Of a stretch of 64,000 nt of DNA, positions 37,178 through 48,977 are shown piece after piece. Below the pieces are notes generated by a model. It worked only from the letters and a program-made list of their open reading frames with translations. It searched no databases and had not been told where the DNA came from. The first letter of the stretch is position 1, and every line of letters starts with the position of its first letter. This stretch comes from Vermamoeba vermiformis. Lineage: Eukaryota. Where the stretch lies: the NCBI GenBank assembly GCA_045837725.1, contig JBEWZL010000215.1:186001-250000 (forward strand), in the 5' to 3' direction. The position numbers were made by a program, and so were the translations under genes.

Positions 37178-39730
37178 ATGTGCGGTATTATCGCTATCCT
37201 AGGTTGCAAAGATCCCAAAGCTAGCCGTGCTAGAGCTGTCGAGTTGGCTACCAGGTAAACAATTGCTAGATGCGTTCGATTAATTAGCAATCCGATGGTT
37301 TCGTAGAAATATAATTAATCTGTATTCCCGCATTTTACCCTATTTATTGTAATTTTATTCGCTAACCGTCGGATTCAATCCACTGTAAATTGCGGATCCC
37401 AGCTCTAATGACTAGTTATTAATGCTTTTACTACAGAATTCGTCACCGTGGCCCTGATTGGTCAGGTTATCATGTTCAAGGAAACAACGTCTTCGCTCAC
37501 GAGCGTTTGGCTATCGTAGATGTCCAAAACGGTGCTCAACCCCTCTTCAATGAGGTAATTTCTTTGGCCGAATATTATTTTTAAATTATTTAGCACGTCA
37601 TTTCGGAATTTTTAGGGAGTTTGTTGCAAATCCAGCCAAGATATTGATTTATTTTTTTGACAGGACAAATCCATCGTCTTGGTTGTCAACGGAGAAATTT
37701 ACAACCATAAGGATATTGAAGCTCACGTATTGAAGGGTCAACATAAGTTTGCCACTCAATCCGATTGCGAGTGCATCGTTCACTTGGTATGATTTCATAA
37801 TTTGACGGATCCACGCCAGAAAAAGCGATTCACGAAAAAATCAAAATTCCATTATATTAATTATTTATTATCCATTATTAACCTACTTAAAATATTAGTA
37901 TGAAGAGAAGGGCAATGATTTTGTTAACGAACTTTCGGGTGATTTCGCTTTTGTCGTGTCAAAGGGTGACACTTACTTGGCAGCTCGTGACCCCATCGGC
38001 GTCGTAAGTAATACTTTATTATGTATATAATTATTAGAATATTAATACTAACCGATTGGTTTTTTTCTGAAACAGTGCCCATTGTACATCGGTTACGCTG
38101 CTGACGGTGCTGTTTGGTTCGCTTCAGAAATGAAAGCATTGATCGACGACTGCGAAAAAGTCGAAGTACGTCATAAGAACGGCGGCCTTGACATATAATA
38201 AGCATTGATATTAATATTATTGTTATTCTAGACCTTCCCTCCTGGCTTCTACTACACCCCTGAGACTGGTTTCAAGCCTTACTACCAACCCAAATACTAC
38301 GATATTCAAGTAAGCGATATACTTTTATGACTATATTAACCAAGTATATTAATATTATAAATGAATAGCACGTCCCCACCGTTAACTGTGATTTGGCCAA
38401 GTTGCGCGGTGCCTTCGAGAAGGCCGTTATCAAGCGATTGATGTACGTTGCAAAGACAATCTTAACGAGTGTTATTGACACGTGTCACTTAGGACTGACG
38501 TGCCCTACGGTGCTTTGTTGTCTGGTGGTCTCGACTCCAGTTTGGTCGCTGCCGTCGCTAACAGATTTGCTGCCAAGCGTGTCGAAGAAGATATGACCGT
38601 TCAAGGTACGCAAACACAATTTAATTAATTCTATAGCACGTGTTAATTTCATCATTAGCCTGGTGGCCTCGTTTGCACACTTTCTGCGTTGGTGTCACCA
38701 AGGAAAGTCCCGATATGATCAAGGCCCGTGAAGTCGCCAAGTACCTCAACACCGTGCACCACGAGTTCACTTTCACAGTCCAAGACGGTCTCGACGCCCT
38801 CAGAAACGTCATTTGGTTCTTGGAATCTTACGACGTCACCACCGTTCGTGCCTCCACTCCTATGTACTTGTTGGCCCGATGCGTCAAGAGCACTGGTACG
38901 TTACATATTGTACAGTATACAGTCATAATGCTATTATTTGTAGTTCTAGTCCTTGGCTAACGAATTCAAACCTTGACAGGTGTCAAGATGGTCTTGTCCG
39001 GCGAAGGCTCTGATGAAATCTTCGGTGGTTACTTGTACTTCCACAACGCGCCTGACCCTGACTCATTCCACCGCGAAACCGTTCGTCGTGTGAAGAACTT
39101 GCACTTGTCTGACTGCTTGCGTGCCAACAAGGCCTGCATGGCTTGGGGTGTTGAGATCCGTGTGCCGTTCTTGGACAAAGAGTTCCTCGACGTTGCGATG
39201 GACATTGCTCCCGTAGACAAATTGTGCTCCAAGGAACGCATTGAAAAGTACGTTCTGCGCAAGGCCTTTGACACGCCCGAAAACCCGTACTTGCCCGAGT
39301 CTATTTTGTGGAGACAAAAGGAACAATTCAGCGACGGTGTCGGCTACTCTTGGATCGACAGTAAGTCTCCGCATATTGCCTTTTTTGGAAAGTGTCGCGT
39401 GTATGCTAACTTGATACCTTGCAGCTTTGAGAGAATGGACTGAAAGTGAAGTCAATGAAGAAGAATACGCTCGTCGTGCTGAGCTCTTCCCTCACAACAC
39501 ACCTGCTACTAAAGAAGCGTTCTACTACCGCAAGATCTTCAGCCAATTGTTCCCCAACCCCACCGCCGACAAGACTGTCGTTCCTTGGGTGCCCACTTGG
39601 TCAGCGTACGTGCACATTAATTTTCTTACTACTTAGCATTATGAACTAATACCGTGCTATTATTAGTTCTACTGACCCTTCTGGCCGTGCTCAAAAGGTC
39701 CACGAGGCTGCATACGAAAAGAAGGAATAA
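37178..39730 (+). CDS. ASNS: Glutamine-dependent asparagine synthetase
   Basis: MCGI N-terminal nucleophile, [67 protein letters not shown]. Confidence 0.98.
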
Positions 39731-39976
39731 TTTTCGAGATCTTTTTTTTGACTTTGAGAAACGAAGCGTATGTTATGAGTATTATATAACAATATTATTT
39801 AACTTATTAATAAAGCGAAAATATCACCGAGTATTTTATTGTTAAATTTTTAAAGCAATAATCGTCGTTTCCAAATTAGGAAAGTGTTGAGTACACGCGA
39901 CATTAGCTCAATTGGGAAGTCTTCGCTCCCTCTAACGTTAGATTGTTTATATTTATAAATTTTGAAGCATACAGCC

Positions 39977-42503
39977 ATGTCGGTTTCACAAGAGCAGTTC
40001 GATCAGCTTTTATCAAACGTACGTAACTCCAACGTTGGTGTATGGCCACTAAACTATGCTTTCCCTAGTTTACTGCCCTTCAAGAGCAATTTAATTCGCT
40101 CGCTGTTGCTTTTGGCGAGATGCAAGCAGCGGATCCTGTTGGTGCTGTCAACATTTTGTGGGTCCTTTTAACTGCCGCTATGGTATTTTGTAAGTCAATT
40201 AATACCAGCCTTATATGTCTCTACCATTTCGTAATTAATACGGTCATTTTTAGTAATGCAGCTCGGATTTGCTATGCTAGAAGCAGGATCGGTACGCGCC
40301 AAAAATGCTCAAAATATTCTGTTGAAGGTAAGCCCTTGACAAACAAATGCTAGAATAAACCTTTAACGCTATTTTAACAGAATTTAATCGATACTTGTAT
40401 CGGCACGGTTGCTTGGTACACGATCGGCCACGGCATTGCGTTCAGCTCGAACCCTGAGGGAGGCAACGGCTTTATTGGCAACGGCACTGGAGAGTTTGCT
40501 TTTCATGACTACCATGACTACCACAGCTGGTTCTTTCAATGTAAGTACCTATTTATTTTTATCATTAAAATTTTTACTTCGGATGTCGTTATCCTTTTTC
40601 AATCCTATTTGCTCAAATTCAAGGGGATAAATCATATTATTAGTTTGTCTGTCTATTCTCATTTTTAAACGAAACTTAAACTAATTCTCGATGACGGTTT
40701 TTATAATCTTTAATATTATAGGGGCTTTCTCTGCGTCTGCTGCTACTATTGTTAGCGGTGCCCTCGCTGAAAGAGTCAAGTTTGAGGCCTATTTAATTTA
40801 CTCCTTCGTGGTCAGCGGCTGGATTTACCCCATCATCGTCCATTGTACGTGCAGCCATAGTCAAACCACTTCAAAATTATTAATGTGACATATATTATAG
40901 GGGTATGGTCTGCGGACGGTTGGTTGAGTGCTTTTAACTCTCCTCCTGGCGTTGCTGCTAACGGAGTTCTCGACTTTGCTGGATCCGGCGTTGTTCACCT
41001 TGTACGACCGAACTTAATTTGAATAATGTCATAACGATGTGTATTTAGGTTGGCGGTACTGTCGCCCTTGTAGGATGCATCATCTTGGGCCCTCGTTTGG
41101 GCAGATTCAGCGCGGAGGGCAAACCGAATCCAGGGTTTGAAGGCCACAATGCAACTTTGGTGTTGCTAGGTGCTATCATTCTTTGGTTTGGTTGGTACGG
41201 ATTTAACCCTGGCTCTACTCTCGGAGTCACTGGAGGCTTGGCGAACGTAAGTTTAAGTAAAAAGATCCGATCTGAGTTAAATTTATTTCTTAGGTCGCTG
41301 CTAAAGTCGCTGTTAATACTACTCTTGCCCCTGGCGTAGCAGCACTTACTGTATTAATATTCGAACGATATGTCTTTGCTGGTAAAACTTGGAACTTGAC
41401 TAAGGTTTGTACAGAGGCAAATCCGCTACGAAAGAAATTCTTTCTTTTTCTAATTGTGGCTTTAATATAGACCGTAGGCGGATTATTGGCTGGTCTCGTG
41501 GCAATCACCGCTGGCTGCTCAATCGTTGAACCTTGGGCTGCAGTTGTAATCGGATGTGAGTTCTTCAGCTCTTCGTTCTCAGCCCCTAGTTTAGTAACAA
41601 TTAATTAATTAATATATGCGCAGTTACTAGTGCGTTCATATTCATGGGCGGCTATCGATTGCTCTTACGATTGAAAATTGACGATCCTGTCGACGCAGTT
41701 CCCGTAAGCCACAAACATCATCATAATGACCAAATTGTGCTTATATTATAACTCCCTATATTAGGTGCATTGTTTTAACGGTGCTTGGGGCCTGTTAATG
41801 ACCGGTTTGTTCGCTACGCAGTCAGATCTTGTTGCCGCTTATGCTCGTGCTCCTGACGTTGCAGACTATGGTGCTTTTTTGGGAGTAAGTATTAGTTCAG
41901 TTGCTTAATGTTTATAGACGCGGTTGTCTCAATATTGCATTCATCTCCCAAGCGAGATTAATAATTTTATCAACGTTATTTCTCGGTTCACTGAAAGTTT
42001 TATTCCACCAGGGCGGTGGCTTGCAATTTGCCATGCAAGTCTTAGGCATGACAATGATCATCGGATGGTGCGCAGCCAATGCCATCGTCTTGTTCATCAT
42101 CCTCAAGTACAGCGGAATTTTCCGGGCCAGCAAACAGGAAGAAGAAAGCGGCATGGACGTGGTTAAGCACGGCGCGTACGGCTATTTATTCGATTACAAT
42201 CCGATGACTGGTGAAGCCCGTCTGAAAATCAACGCTGACGACCAATCAAACAACGTTAGTATCGCCGGCACATTTGTAGCCAAAGAATCGAATGCACAGC
42301 CCGCACAAGCTTCAGCGCGCAGTGTCAATGGTGCGGCTAAAAATAGCGACAACAACGCCATGGAGATGAACGATGTCGACGTTAAGCAAGATCAAATTCA
42401 CACAATTCGTTCGTCGTCGGAGTCCCCGGAGTCCGTGAGCAATGACAGCAGCGGTCAATCGAACAACAGCAACGACTCGTCAGACAGTTCACTGAACGAC
42501 TGA
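39977..42503 (+). CDS. AMT: Ammonium transporter (Amt/Mep family) with an S/N-rich C-terminal tail
   Basis: [57 protein letters not shown] (twin His present). Confidence 0.96.
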
Positions 42504-42621
42504 TTCATGAAAAAATAACGGCGACAATTCATTCGCCGATTTTCTTTTGTACACTCGTATATTTCAGTAAAATAGTGTTGTTATTATTTACGTGAAATTA
42601 TTTACATATACGTCATTTTAA

Positions 42622-45600
42622 TCAAGGTTTCTCGGAATTATGTTCAGCTTCTTCTTTCAATTCTTTGATTTCTTGCTCCATGGTCGCTTCATCTTTCACT
42701 TCAACTTTCGCCTCGTTGATGTTATTAGAGTTCAAATTGTTGTCCATAATGTCGACTCGTTTCGGCTCCAAAGTGATGATCAGATTTGATTTTTCATCGG
42801 TTTCAACTGTTGCGTCCAACAACGAGCATTCGACACGTGACTTTAATCGATTTTTCTGTCTGGTGATTTTGAAGAAAATTGACATGATTTCTTTGCGGCC
42901 GTCAAGTCGCACGGCATAAGCAATGAACCCTGTTGGTTTGTGCACGTGATTGGGCCCTTGGAACGCGATGAACGAGATCGTGTTTTGTTTCGGGATCTGT
43001 GAAAAAATTAATGACACGTGTCAAAATAAATGTCAATGTAAAATCATGTCATTTTCAACGTACTCTATCAGGCGGGAATGTAAGCCACTCGCCGTGCTTA
43101 AGGACATTTTGATCGCGCTTTAAAATGATGTCCGTTTTGTTCTGAATCGTCACCGTGACAGTCTTGCCGAGCTGCTTTGAAGCATTTTTCTAAAAAAGGA
43201 AATAACGATGTAAGCTACGTATAATGCCTCGTATAATGAGCTTACTTTGTTGTTGTTTAGATCCACTTCGCTGCTCGACGAAGAGCTGTCAGGGTTCTCT
43301 ATGCCACCAATATCCGCGTCACTCAATTCACGTTTCATAATTGACATGGTTAGGGTCTTCAGCTCAGTACTGTCAATCACGTGGTTAGTAATATTTCCTA
43401 ATTAGGTAAATTGTAATAAATACATGTTTGTTGCAGGCTCTTGCACGGTGAATTCAATGCCGTCACTGGTCTTGCGATAATCAACGATTAGAGCGTTAGA
43501 ACTGTCGTAGGAATATTTCTTCGAAGCACCAAAATTGTTCCAAATAAAAAAGAAGGTCGCTGTTTGTTGAATAGGTTTCATCTCAGTGTCCGAAACTAGC
43601 GATTGATTGGCTGCTCGGTTTGACAGTGTAATGCTCTCTTTGCGCGGAGAAATTAAGGGGTTTTCAGGTCCGGCTACTTTTTCGACTTTAAGTTCTGAGT
43701 CAGAACGGCGTTTTTGCAACGGTTTTTTGGACTGTTGCAAAGGCTTGTAATCACATGCATATTCCATGAACCTAAAAAAGGAAATTTAAGTAAGTTGATG
43801 GTGATCTCTTTGTCGTGCCTACCCCTCAATACTATTAATATGCAACTTGTCCATTCTAATCGTAACATCGGCAGAAGTGAATGGCAACACGTAGTCGGGC
43901 GGAACATTAATCCACGTGCCATTTTTCAATTGCCACTGCTTGCGGAACAATTTGAACCTCGTGTCATTCTTGAGTGTCACTTTTAACTCGCCAGGATTGG
44001 TCGATCGTTCGTTAGAACCTTCAGAATGAGCTATAAATGGAAATTAGACGATTTTTCCGAATTAGGAAAAAATGTTGGTCTATGGATCCGTACCTCGTTC
44101 AAACTCTTGAATGGCCTGATGAATGACTTGTACTGCACGGGCAGTGCCGTGTTGTTCGCGAATATGCACGCCTAAAGTCTCAGCTTTTTTGCGCATGGTC
44201 TGATCCACGGCCATTTGCTTCAAAGCCGCGCCAAAGTTCTCGGGCGTCATTTCAACCACCTTAATGTGCTTGGGTCCAACACCCAATGCCTCAGTCTATA
44301 TTCATATTCATTAGCATTATAGTGTTATAGGTGCCGGCTAAATGACGTACGCGTTGAGCCCAGAAGAATTGGTCGCCAAAGAACGGAACAATCATGGTCG
44401 GAATACCCGCACGATAAGCAGCGGCTGCTGTGCCTGCACCGCCGTGGTGAACTGCAGCAGTCAATTGCGGGAACAGCCAATCATGTGGCACTGCGTCCAG
44501 CGGAAAAATAAAGTCGGGATATTGTTCGACATTCGTGCCACCCCAGCCTAATGAGAAAATTAGTTTACAATTTACTTATTTGGAAATATTGGTGAAACTC
44601 GTACCTTTTGCTAAGATCGCTCGTTGTCCAGATAATCGAACTCCTTCGATGATAGTTTTCGTAAGTGCATCTGGATCTTTGACGATGATAGATCCGAATC
44701 CGATGTAAATAGGCTTCGGTTCTTTCTCCAAAAATGCCTTCAACTCGGGTGAAGGCACGAAACTATATTTACGGCAGTTAGAAGTGTTATTGAAGTATTT
44801 AGAACAGATCCAGACTTACTCTTTTGGCGCATCCAAGAACCAATAGCCCACGACGTGAATTCTTCGGCCCCAGTCATGAGGTTTGGGCACGACAGAAGGA
44901 CTCCAGCAGTACATGTAATGAGTCTTGCGGAGCTCAGGAGCATTAGAGTCACTCGTGCTGATTGGCTCCAAGCCCAGCACTTGCGTCCTCAGTTTGTTGA
45001 TCATCGGCCGCAACATCAAGAAGGTACTTTGCTGCAGCACAAAGTAGCTACTAAGATTATAGATCGATGTAGTTTTTCCGCCCATAGCGAAAGGCTGTTG
45101 GGAATGTCAATTACCAAATAAGGAAATAAAAGTTTGAAACTTGCATGAGGGAACTGAGATGTCTGAGTCCAAGGCATCGTGAAGGCTACAATGAACGGAA
45201 TATTCAATTTTTCTGCGATATGAATTCCTGCAAAGCCTACATTACCAAATTAGTAAATCTCTGTCACGTGTCAAAATTAGGCATATGAAGTACGTACAAG
45301 GAGGATTCTCGATCAAGACGTCAGTGTCAGATTTGCAGGCCTCCCAACAGGTGTAAATAATGTCCTGCATGAACGACTTGAAATGTTTGTTGGCCTCGCG
45401 GATAAATTTCAACGAGAAGGTGTCATTCGTGACGCACAACTTGATGAGTTCGCGAGGGTCACCAGAGATCGGCGTGAATGCGATATTGTACGATTCGACG
45501 AAGGGCTGGTGGAGCTTGTGCGTGGCTATTTTGACTTTGTGGCCGTACTCTTGTAACTTGAGTGCTAATGCTACAAACGGCTGCACGTCACCGCGAGTAC

Positions 45601-47738
45601 CAACGAGTGTAATTGTAATTCTTTTCGACGGGATAGATTCTGAAAAAAAATTCTTAGAAAAATATGAAAAGGCATAGATTAGCTTTATACTTACTAAACT
45701 GTTCTACGTTGATATTTGACGGCAATTCTTCGTCAATACTTGTACGGTGCAAGTTGATGACTTCACCCTTTCTGCGCTTGGCTTGGATCCAAAGTTTGTT
45801 CAGGAAAGTAATAACTTTGGAGGTCTTCTTCAAGTGAATGAAATTGAACTAAAATATCATATTAGTCTCTTTCAATATTAATTATTCGTATAGTTTTTTC
45901 TTACGGAGTTGTCACGTGTCACTATTCTTAGCCCTGACGTAATGAAATGCATTGTTTTGTACTTTTTGATGGCAATAACTTCAGTGAACGGAATAATAAT
46001 CTATTATTATAGTTATTAATATAGCCTATAATAAGCTACATAATCGTGATTCCGTACCTTATTTTGTTTGCTGAAGTGATCGATAATGTTCGTGTTCCAA
46101 AAACTGATGTAATTGTCGGACAACAACAATTTGCCGTTGAAATCGAATGACTTGAACAAGGCGCAGTGATAAACAGCGTGCAAATGTTCCGTGCTCGCGA
46201 ACTTGAATTTGGACTTGAAGAGGTGTCTGTCATTGTCACTCACGACAAAAAAACTTGGCTCGACCGGGATCGGACCACTGTCAGTTTGAACATTGTTGTT
46301 GCTATTTGCGTCAGCAGTACTATCAATCTCGCCATTAGTGATAGTATTTTCTTTGGGCACCGAATCAGCATCTATTGAAAATCGGGCTTGGGAATGTTGG
46401 CGCGTGAAGATGTTCATGAATTTGAAGGGCTTTTTCGGAGCCTTTGCCCGATGTGTTTGTACTTGCTCTTTGATGAGCTTCTGGGCTATATTATTCTCGT
46501 CCATATGCAGGAATATTAACTAATAAGGCAATCGTTAGAAAGTGCTGTAAACTCACTGGATCGGAAGTTTTAAACCGAATTGGAAAAAATTTTAACTCCG
46601 CGAAATTATTAATAAATAGAAATAATATGCCTAGTAAATAGTAACTATAGTAGTCTTATTATAGCCATACCTCCTGATCATTGTCGAATTGAATGAATAT
46701 ACTTTTTGGGTATAAATACGAATCGCATATTTCTACGTCATTGACGCGCAAGTACGACAATGAAAAAGTCAATTGAACTAAAATATTGCCTTCTTGCGTC
46801 GAAGTAATGGAATCTGAAGGGCTTTGAGCCACGGCAATTTTGTGCTTGATAAGGTGGACCCAAGTATCGACTTCTTTCTCTGAGTCCAAAGAAATAAAGT
46901 AATTCCGCTTGCTTGTAGTCAATGAAATTGAGTTTTCGCGTAATGAGACAGTTTGATCGGTCTAAATTAGGAAGGTGAGCGAATCATTGCAATAATTGAT
47001 TGAGATCCATTTAGCTTACTTTCTCGACGCTAAACACATCGCACCATGGAATTACAGTCGATACTTTATACACATTCTATGATAAGAACAAAAAATTAGT
47101 CACGGGATCGCGGATTTGATTCCGTAAAACTCGGACTTACTTCTTTGTGGCTAGCGATAGACAAATGATCATTATTAGCGATAATAAAATGTCTCTTCCA
47201 TTTTTTCCCGGCCCTTCCGATATCCGCGTAGCCTTCTAGAAGCCTATTGCTCTTGAAAACACGGGATGAGATCCGCCCTATTCGCATAAAATGAAACTTT
47301 CAGACCTACCTCTAGCTTGGAGGGATCTTGTACAAAGCACAAATGATGCTCAAATATCACTAGATGCCCTAGTTGCTGATGTTTCTGAGGAGTTTGATAC
47401 GTACAAAGGAAATCTGAACCAGAATGAATAATTCGGCAAAAAATAGCATCTAATTGCAGCATTCGTACCATTTAAATATTTTTCGTCCAATGAATAATTG
47501 AAGTGAGTCCTTATTTTCTGAATATTTGCTGGATCCGAAACTTTTTCCGGCATTTTGTCAGCCTCGAATTCAACCATCGAAACCGACTCATGATCGGAAA
47601 TAGCATCACTTGTTGATTCTATTGTCGATGTCGTTGTCTCATTTTGAGCTTTTAATACGGTCAGATGCGTTCGATCGGATCAAGCGGAAGGGATTGAAAC
47701 TTACCAATTGAGACTAAATAAGTCGATAGGTCACCCAT
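42622..47738 (-). CDS. ATG26: Sterol 3-beta-glucosyltransferase (GRAM-PH-GRAM-GT1) with an extra C-terminal region
   Basis: [67 protein letters not shown]-terminal GRAM and PH segments. Confidence 0.92.
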
Positions 47739-47989
47739 GATGATATGTGGTCACTCTATTTACACAAGATTGAAATGACTCCACAAATTTTCCACCTGAC
47801 ACTTCACGAATGTTTTCGAGTTTTCGCTTCTTTTTTGCGTGATTGTTTTTGCGCAAACGAATTAACCGAATATTAAAAGTTGATTAAAGTCTCTATTCTG
47901 GTCCAGGGCCTCCCTTTTAAGAAATGTGAGTTTGCTTGAAAAAACGTATTTTATTTTACAACCGCTACTGTCAACAAAGACTTAATATA

Positions 47990-48907
47990 ATGGAACCAGA
48001 TAAAGATAGCGGTAAAAACCTTTCAGTTCGGGTGCGGATAATAAAAGGTGTAATTGCGGTGTATAGAGAATGGAAGGCGGGGGAGCCATTTCAACGAAGG
48101 TACGCCTCTGCAGCAATTTTTAATGGCTGAAAAAATGTGAAATATATGTGTGTAATATGGTACAATGTCTAGACATTGAATTATTTAATTTTAAAAAATT
48201 CTATTCAAATTCAAATAATTCAATTTAATCCAGCTCCTACGTTGTGGTTCAATACGGCGACTTGACGAAGAAAACTACAAGAAAATATCGCACCACCTTT
48301 CCTAACTGGGATCAAACTCTATCGTTCGATTTAACGCCCATTCGAAAACTCAAGATCACAATGTTTTTCCAAGACGCTCCCGTAAGAAAATACTTATATG
48401 ATTAAGTAGTATTGACATAGTTATTAGGGCAAAGAAAAACGGGTCAGCAAGATTAAGCAAAAATTTGATGTCAAAGGGCAACAAGAAATAACTTACACAA
48501 AAGATATGCTTACTTATTCAATCCAAGTCGCACCCGCACCAAAAATTACCCCACAACCAACAATACCTTCCCCCACTCCTAAACATAAGGACTTTGAGTG
48601 GGACGAGGAAGACATCAGTGACGAACTTCCTGAAGATCCACCAGCCCAAAGTGACCCACCTCAAAGCGATCCAGAACCAGCACCAAGGTACCAAGTAGTT
48701 CAAAGAGTATTTGAAGCAGTACAGCCCGCCACTCCCGGTGCCTTGCTCGATTCACTGGTGAAAACACTGGTAGAAATACAACGTACCAAGCCTCACAGGT
48801 GCGAAGACGCTCTTGGCGAAATTTGTTTATATGGTATTTTCTATTTAATTGCCGTAGTTTGTATAATATTTATGGTTATATTTGTCCTAGTAACACGGAT
48901 GTTTTAA
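47990..48907 (+). CDS. C2-like domain protein with a C-terminal transmembrane anchor
   Basis: LSVRVRIIK...PSYVVVQYGD...TTRKYRTTFPNWDQTLSFD; P-rich linker; hydrophobic C-terminus GIFYLIAVVCIIFMVIFVLV. Confidence 0.65.
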
Positions 48908-48977
48908 TTGAATTTCATGTTGTAATCGTTTGTAAATAAAAATCAAACTTTGAAATAATTCGAAACTCCGATTTTAT

